Shown in pieces: positions 58,444 to 64,000 of a stretch of 64,000 bases of DNA (positions within the stretch are counted from its first letter, which is position 1; every line of letters begins with the position of its first letter). Source of the stretch: Bacteroidales bacterium. GTDB taxonomy: Bacteria; Bacteroidota; Bacteroidia; Bacteroidales; VadinHA17. The notes beneath the pieces were generated by a model. The model worked only from the letters and a program-made list of their open reading frames with translations. It did no database searches and had not been told where the DNA came from. The stretch is from NCBI GenBank assembly GCA_038248855.1, contig JBBRXA010000008.1:2982-66981 (forward strand), given 5' to 3'. The position numbers were made by a program, and so were the translations under genes.

Positions 58444-59571
58444 TCACCCTATCAGCCTCATTGTCTTAAGCGCCAGGTCAAGAAAGATCATCTTCGTATT
58501 GCCGTTGCTCTCCACATGTGCAAAGGCAAGATTGAACTCCCTGTCCAGGGCCTGGATATTCCTGTTGTTAATGAAAGGGTGAAATTTCTGCGAGAAGTCC
58601 TCCTCCTTTTCTGTCAGGTATACAAGCCTGTTCTCCTTACCCTGGTAATTTAAAATGAAATTCTCACGTATCATGCGTAGGGCGTAGGTGAGGAATCCCT
58701 TTTGCCTCTCGCGGCCCAGGGCCGCTGTTTCGTCAGACCATGAAACAAGGGCCTGTGAATCGCGTTTATAGGCTGTTCGCATAAGGGTGATGAAGTGGTC
58801 GAGGTGCTTTGCGGTACTGTCTGCATCCCTGGCAAGTTCTATGGCCCTGACCATGTTGCCGTTGGCTATTCCTGCAACTTCTCCGGCATAGACACTGTCA
58901 AGACCGTAGTTCTTTTCGAGAAAAATGCTCATTTCATCCGGTGCTATGGCAGGGATCCTTACAGGCTGACATCTGGAGGTAATCGTGGGCAACAACTTAT
59001 CATCCTCCTCAGAAACCAGGATGAAAAGAGTCTTTGCCGGAGGCTCCTCAATCATCTTCAGAAGCTTGTTGGCCGTTTCGGCGTTCATCTTTTCAGGAAG
59101 CCAGATGATCATGATCTTGAAGTCAGACTCAAACGACTTCAGGTTCAGTTTTCTTACTATTTCGGAAGCTTCAGCGACTGGTATGATAGCCTGCTCATTT
59201 GCGACCTCCATTGCCTCAGTCCAGGTATTGAGGGAGAAATAGGGCGATCTGAGAACCATTGAACGCCACTGCGCGATAAAGGTATCGCTTACCGGTTCGG
59301 TACCCGGTTTCTTTTTAATAACCGGGAAAACAAAATGCAGGTCAGGATGTATCAGCTTGTCATACTTTGCACACGAGGGACACGCCCCGCAACCGTCGGT
59401 GGCCGTGCGGCTTTCACAGCTGATGTAACGGGCAAATGCAAGAGCGATGGCAAACTTACCGCTCCCTTCAGGACCGTAAAACAGAAGGGCGTGGCTGACT
59501 CTCTGTTCAGCCACGGCGGTTCTCAGTCGGTCAATGACAACTTTTTGTCCCGGTATCTGTGAAAAATTCAT
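58444..59571 (-). CDS. holB: DNA polymerase III subunit delta'
   Basis: HALLFYGPEGSGK, CGACPSC, HPDLHFVFP, ANKLLKMIEEPP and TITSRC. Confidence 0.94.
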   Translation of the reverse strand: MNFSQIPGQKVVIDRLRTAVAEQRVSHALLFYGPEGSGKFAIALAFARYISCESRTATDGCGACPSCAKYDKLIHPDLHFVFPVIKKKPGTEPVSDTFIAQWRSMVLRSPYFSLNTWTEAMEVANEQAIIPVAEASEIVRKLNLKSFESDFKIMIIWLPEKMNAETANKLLKMIEEPPAKTLFILVSEEDDKLLPTITSRCQPVRIPAIAPDEMSIFLEKNYGLDSVYAGEVAGIANGNMVRAIELARDADSTAKHLDHFITLMRTAYKRDSQALVSWSDETAALGRERQKGFLTYALRMIRENFILNYQGKENRLVYLTEKEEDFSQKFHPFINNRNIQALDREFNLAFAHVESNGNTKMIFLDLALKTMRLIG

Positions 59572-59594
59572 TCTGCCTTCCGTGGTAGGGAAAG

Positions 59595-59602
59595 CAAAAA
59601 TA
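59595..59602 (-). promoter_or_regulatory. -7 promoter box for holB
   Basis: TATTTTTG(C) on the minus strand. Confidence 0.6.
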
Positions 59603-59631
59603 CAAAAAAATCAATGAAAGAGAGATTCAGG

Positions 59632-60129
59632 TCAGAGAGCCGACAGGGCTCTCTCATAATCAGGCTCATTTACTGTCTCGGGGACCAGTTCGGAATATTT
59701 TACAATGCCATGTTCGTCTATCACCACAACGCTGCGGGCATAGAGGCCTGCCATCGGTCCGTCAACCAGGTCAATACCGTAAGCTGTGCCGAAAGCGTGA
59801 TCACGGAAGCCGGAGAGGGTTGTCACGTTCGTTATCCCCTCGGTGGTGCAAAAACGGCCTGAGGCAAAGGGAAGATCCTTTGTAATTGCCAGCACCACTG
59901 TATTTTCCCTGCCCGCAGCCATCTGGTTGAATTTTCTCACTGCCGTGGCACATACTGACGTATCAAGACTTGGAGAAATGTTGAGAATCACCTTCTTTCC
60001 CTTCAGCTCTTCAAGTGATAGAGAGCCAAGGTCTGATTTAACAAGTTTGAAATCAGGAGCCTTGCTGCCATTTGCCGGAAGGTTGCCTGACGTATTGATT
60101 GCATTTCCCCTGAGTGTTATTTTTGCCAT
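59632..60129 (-). CDS. tpx: Thiol peroxidase (atypical 2-Cys peroxiredoxin)
   Basis: PSLDTSVCA, DLPFA..RFC and EPDY. Start set at ATG 60129. Confidence 0.95.
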   Translation of the reverse strand: MAKITLRGNAINTSGNLPANGSKAPDFKLVKSDLGSLSLEELKGKKVILNISPSLDTSVCATAVRKFNQMAAGRENTVVLAITKDLPFASGRFCTTEGITNVTTLSGFRDHAFGTAYGIDLVDGPMAGLYARSVVVIDEHGIVKYSELVPETVNEPDYERALSAL

Positions 60130-60193
60130 AATATTATTATTAAAAGTTTGATTTTGTTTATTGTTAAACAAACAAAAACCCATAAGGTTTTAT

Positions 60194-60634
60194 TCAGGAG
60201 CGAAAGAACCGTGCTTTTCTAAATTTCTCAAAAAGCTCCTGTTCATCTTTGTCCTCCCTAATGCCATCAACAAGCAGGTCAAACAGACGTGGTATAGTCT
60301 CGTCACTGAATGAGGCAGCAATAGCAAGCTTTTTAAACAGGTTCTTCTCCTCAAGGGAGATCTGTTTGTCAACAAGTATGACCTCAACTGCATTGTAGAG
60401 GTGTTCAAACCTCTTTTCAAGTTCATATGGAGGGGAGTAAAAATGAGTAGATTCTGCTTTGATGAGCACATCAACCTCATGGTCAGAAAGACTGAATCTC
60501 CTACCGAACCTGTGGAGGAGGGTCAGTTCGTTATTATCTATCCTCCCGTCAGCCAGTGCAACCTGTATCAGATGGATAAAGCTCTCTTTATTTACTCTTT
60601 TTCCGCTGTCTGTAATAAAATCTGTGAAACTCAT
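60194..60634 (-). CDS. TerB-like (tellurite-resistance fold) protein
   Basis: LIQVALADGRID..E..LL and a second repeat VILVDKQIS.EE. Confidence 0.75.
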   Translation of the reverse strand: MSFTDFITDSGKRVNKESFIHLIQVALADGRIDNNELTLLHRFGRRFSLSDHEVDVLIKAESTHFYSPPYELEKRFEHLYNAVEVILVDKQISLEEKNLFKKLAIAASFSDETIPRLFDLLVDGIREDKDEQELFEKFRKARFFRS

Positions 60635-60825
60635 TTGTTTTGAAGATATTTTTAATAATAACAATTTTTATCGGGAATTGTTACTGAAATAAGGTTTGCA
60701 CAAAAATTTAAACTCCTGCTACCCTGGTTGACATACCGGAAGGCCTTTGGCTTTTTCCGGCACCGGGGAATTAACATAAACTCACTTTTATGGTGAAGAG
60801 ACTGAAAATATTTGAGCTAACTTCT

Positions 60826-60833
60826 TATTTTTG
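60826..60833 (+). promoter_or_regulatory. -7 promoter box for pgk
   Basis: TATTTTTG upstream of ATG 60873. Confidence 0.55.
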
Positions 60834-60872
60834 TAAGTTACAAGTTAAATGTAATTATTAAAAGTAAGGTTT

Positions 60873-62135
60873 ATGAAAATGATTGACAGCTACAGTTTCA
60901 AGGGCCTGAAGGCCATAGTAAGGGTTGACTTCAATGTGCCGCTTGACAAGGTAACGCGCCAGGTTACTGATGACACCAGAATCAGGGGAGCCATAAAGAC
61001 AATTAAGAAGATAGTTGCAGACGGAGGTTCGGTGATACTGATGTCCCACCTGGGGCGCCCGGAAGGGGTACAGGAAAAATACTCTCTTAAACCTGTGATG
61101 CCGGTACTGGAAAAGCTTCTGGGGATGAAGGTGCTTTTTGCTCCTGATGCCCTGGGTGATGAGGCTGTAGCCATGGCAAAAGCGCTTAAGCCAGGGGAGG
61201 TGATGATGCTTGAGAATGTCAGGTACTACCCCGAGGAGGAGGGCAAGCCCATTCTTCCCGAGACGGCAACTGATGAAGAGAAAAAGGCCGCCAAGGCAGC
61301 CATGAAGGTCAAACAGAAGGAGATGGCGAAGAAACTTTCGACCTACGCAGACATTTATGTAAATGATGCTTTCGGAACAGCACACCGGGCACATGCCACC
61401 ACAGCTGTCATCGCTGATTATTTTCCGGAGGATAAAAGGATGTTCGGCTTCCTGATAAACAGTGAGCTTGCCGCAATGGACAAGGTGCTGAAGAGTGCCG
61501 GCAGACCATTCACCGCCGTGATGGGCGGGGCAAAGGTCTCTGACAAGATACTCATCATTGAGAACCTGCTTGACAGTGTTGATAACCTGATTATTGGCGG
61601 CGGGATGACATATACTTTTATAAAAGCCATGGGCGGCCGTATAGGTAACTCGCTCTGTGAGACCGACAAGCTTGACGTTGCGAAGGCGGTAATTGCAAAG
61701 GCAAAGGCAAAGGGTGTAAATCTGTTGCTCCCGGTTGACGGGATTAACGCTGATAAGTTTGATGCTGATGCAAACACATATATATCTGCCATTGATGAAG
61801 TTATCGACGGCTGGATGGGTCTTGACATCGGCCCGGAGAGCATCATCCTGTTTGAGAAGGTCATAATGGATTCGAAGACTATCCTCTGGAATGGTCCTAT
61901 GGGTGTTTTTGAGATGGAGAAGTTTGCAAAGGGAACCACCGCGATTGCCCTTGCAGTTGCAAAGGCGACTGAACAGGGAGCATACTCTCTTATTGGCGGC
62001 GGCGATTCAGTGGCCGCAATAAATAAGAACGGCCTGGCTGACAAGGTCAGCTACGTTTCAACCGGCGGCGGCGCAATGCTCGAGTACATGGAGGGCAAAA
62101 AGCTGCCCGGCATTACTGCCATAAGGGGAGAATAA
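60873..62135 (+). CDS. pgk: Phosphoglycerate kinase
   Basis: [42 protein letters not shown] and STGGGA. Confidence 0.98.
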   Translation: MKMIDSYSFKGLKAIVRVDFNVPLDKVTRQVTDDTRIRGAIKTIKKIVADGGSVILMSHLGRPEGVQEKYSLKPVMPVLEKLLGMKVLFAPDALGDEAVAMAKALKPGEVMMLENVRYYPEEEGKPILPETATDEEKKAAKAAMKVKQKEMAKKLSTYADIYVNDAFGTAHRAHATTAVIADYFPEDKRMFGFLINSELAAMDKVLKSAGRPFTAVMGGAKVSDKILIIENLLDSVDNLIIGGGMTYTFIKAMGGRIGNSLCETDKLDVAKAVIAKAKAKGVNLLLPVDGINADKFDADANTYISAIDEVIDGWMGLDIGPESIILFEKVIMDSKTILWNGPMGVFEMEKFAKGTTAIALAVAKATEQGAYSLIGGGDSVAAINKNGLADKVSYVSTGGGAMLEYMEGKKLPGITAIRGE

Positions 62136-62665
62136 TGAAAAAACTGATCCCGGGAATAGCAGTCCTTCTCCTCCTTCTCACAGGTTGCGAGGGAGGGAAG
62201 GATAAACCTCTCTCCGGGACGGTCACGGTCACCAGTGAACTTTTCGGAACGGGTCCCTATTATTCCCTCGGATTCTCCTTTGCGCCTGCAGAAAAGGTCT
62301 CGACGCTTGTCAATCCTGCACCTGATTTATCCGTTGAGGACGGAGTCCTGTCGGGAAGCACTGACGTTGTGCCGTTTCTATCAGCAAACACACTGAGGCC
62401 TTCATTCGGACTTAAGGGTGAATATGCATCGGAAAGCGAGGCTATTACGGCATTTAATGCATTGAAGGATGCTGGCACACCTGCCTGGTCCGACATGGGT
62501 GCACCCCTGAAAGCCAACCAGGTCTGGGTGATACGTACCGGAGACACAAAATACGCAAAGATCCTCACTACGGCAGTTATTATTGAACAGACCGGCGACG
62601 GGCCGGTTGCCAGATGCACTTTCCGGTGGGTTTACCAGCCCGACGGATCTACCGTATTCCCATGA
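62135..62665 (+). CDS. Small lipoprotein, C-terminus HmuY-like
   Basis: Lipobox LTGC; VWVIRTGDTKYAKI...TFRWVYQ; start overlaps the pgk stop (TAATG). Confidence 0.7.
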   Translation: MKKLIPGIAVLLLLLTGCEGGKDKPLSGTVTVTSELFGTGPYYSLGFSFAPAEKVSTLVNPAPDLSVEDGVLSGSTDVVPFLSANTLRPSFGLKGEYASESEAITAFNALKDAGTPAWSDMGAPLKANQVWVIRTGDTKYAKILTTAVIIEQTGDGPVARCTFRWVYQPDGSTVFP

Positions 62666-63660
62666 CCGCGATTAAGGCCCCGACGGCCGCCGGGATTTTC
62701 GCGGATGACACACCGGATTCATTTGAGGAAAAGGCGTTGCAGGTATTTCGTTATCAGGCACGAGAATGCCCTGTATACAACAGGTATGTCAGCCTGATGG
62801 GTATTGATCCACGGGCCGTCAGCTCAGTTGAAGCCATTCCCTTCATGCCGGTATCCTTCTTCAGGGACCACACGGTCATTTCTGGGGGAGGCAGTGCGGA
62901 GGCCGTTTTTGTAAGCAGCGGCACAACAGGCCAGGTGCAGAGCCGCCATCACGTCATCAGCCTCGCCCTTTACGAGGAGAGCTTCACCCGCACATTCCGG
63001 CTCTTCTACAGTGACCCGTCGGAATATGCCGTAATGGGATTGCTTCCATCATATCTTGAGCGTGAGGGTTCATCGCTGATCTACATGGTTAAGAGGCTGA
63101 CTGAGCTTTCAGGGAACAGCCACGGAGGATTCTTTCTGAATGATTACGGCAGGCTTCTGGAATCAGTTGTCAGGGCACGCGATGCCGGACTCAGGGTGTT
63201 GCTGATAGGAGTGACTTACGCCCTGCTTGACTTTGCAGAAGAATATTCTCCTGATCTTGAGGATGTTATAATAATGGAGACGGGTGGCATGAAAGGACGG
63301 AGGAAGGAGATGATAAGAGAGGAGCTGCACGCGATACTTAAAAAAGCATTCAATGTAGGTTCAATCCATTCAGAATACGGGATGACGGAACTGCTGAGCC
63401 AGGCATATTCGAAAGGAGATGGTCTTTTCAGCGCGCCGCCCTGGATGAAGGTGCTGATTCGCGACAGTCACGATCCGCTGACACATACCTCCGAGGCAGG
63501 GGCCGGCGGCGGAATCAGCATCATTGACCTCGCTAATGTCCGGTCGTGCTCCTTTATTGCCACAGCAGACCTCGGACGAATGCACGAAGGAGGGACCTTC
63601 GAAGTACTCGGCAGGTTCGACAATACCGATATCAGGGGTTGCAACCTGCTGGTCTCCTGA
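62662..63660 (+). CDS. LuxE-like acyl-protein synthetase / acyltransferase
   Basis: FVSSGTTG, LLPSYLEREGSSL, METGGMKGRR, SEYGMTEL and EVLGR....RGC; ATGA overlap with the upstream stop. Confidence 0.88.
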   Translation: MTAIKAPTAAGIFADDTPDSFEEKALQVFRYQARECPVYNRYVSLMGIDPRAVSSVEAIPFMPVSFFRDHTVISGGGSAEAVFVSSGTTGQVQSRHHVISLALYEESFTRTFRLFYSDPSEYAVMGLLPSYLEREGSSLIYMVKRLTELSGNSHGGFFLNDYGRLLESVVRARDAGLRVLLIGVTYALLDFAEEYSPDLEDVIIMETGGMKGRRKEMIREELHAILKKAFNVGSIHSEYGMTELLSQAYSKGDGLFSAPPWMKVLIRDSHDPLTHTSEAGAGGGISIIDLANVRSCSFIATADLGRMHEGGTFEVLGRFDNTDIRGCNLLVS

Positions 63661-63774
63661 TCAGGCAAGGGGAAACAGGAAAAAGAGAGGCGCCTGACCG
63701 ACCGTGCAGAGGCAATAGACATAAGTGAGAGAAGGGATGCAGCAGCCTCACCTCACTACGCTTTCAGAAAATTA

Positions 63775-64000
63775 TTAAAATCCGAGTTTCGCTCTTATCT
63801 CTTTCGGAACAGCATCCTTATGCACCATATAATATATTGTTTTCGCCCTTACAAAGTTCTCTGACATGTTAAGGTAACCGCCAAAAGGATTCCGTTCGGT
63901 ACCCCAGGAATTTTTGGTGATATAATATTTGGTGCCGTTCTGGTCTTTGACGATTCCTGTGAGATGCATCAGGTGGTCATCTGTGGTGACGAAGGTCTCA
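63775..64000 (-). CDS. C1-family (papain/bleomycin hydrolase-like) aminopeptidase, C-terminal fragment
   Basis: TTDDHLMHLTG (catalytic His) and YYITKNSWG (catalytic Asn); the 5' part lies outside the window. Confidence 0.88.
   Translation of the reverse strand, partial: ETFVTTDDHLMHLTGIVKDQNGTKYYITKNSWGTERNPFGGYLNMSENFVRAKTIYYMVHKDAVPKEIRAKLGF

Noticed and set aside
57516-58469. 317-aa plus-strand ORF
   Set aside because: Antisense shadow of the well-supported PSP1 gene, with no recognisable motifs.
60736-60760. GC hairpin CCGGAAGGCC-TTT-GGCTTTTTCCGG in the terB-like/pgk divergent gap
   Set aside because: Bulged stem, no flanking U-tract and no gene ending there; insufficient support for a terminator or ncRNA.
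61230-61340. Lys/Ala/Glu-rich insertion in Pgk
   Set aside because: As I recall, this insertion is typical of Bacteroidales Pgk, so it is not novel.
60858-62044. 178-aa and 208-aa minus-strand ORFs
   Set aside because: Antisense to pgk.
1-64000. rRNA, tRNA, IS elements, prophage or defence islands
   Set aside because: No recognisable sequences. Intergenic gaps are short (about 240 bp at most) and the gene content is core.

Overview
A densely coding, mostly housekeeping 64-kb chromosomal segment from a member of the Bacteroidota, probably Bacteroidales. This is indicated by TAnnTTTG -7 promoter boxes, T9SS genes and lineage-typical gene order. It holds about 50 CDS. Translation and replication genes include rbfA, trpS, metG, trmB, tsaE, topA, radA and holB. 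Type IX secretion components are porP-gldK-gldL-gldM-gldN, porW/sprE, porX and gldH. Envelope genes include a LolC/E-type permease, MlaEF, PBP1A, a TonB-dependent receptor and an HU-CCDC81/SPOR protein. There are also panCD, a glgA-like/DUF4270/glmS/DUF4954 operon, a wbpEDBA-galE-rfbB nucleotide-sugar operon, pgk and tpx. I saw no rRNA, tRNA, CRISPR array, transposase, integrase or prophage. The best leads are subtle: (1) a membrane-bound LytTR regulator divergent from an alpha/beta-hydrolase, with three 20-bp-period direct repeats between them; (2) an operon in which glmS is flanked by a half glycogen-synthase-like protein, a lipoprotein and a large beta-helix protein; (3) several apparent pseudo-enzymes (arginase fold, alanine-dehydrogenase fold, Cys-less Mrp); (4) a few unexplained intergenic repeats and palindromes. 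Family names come from my recognition of motifs, not from database searches.
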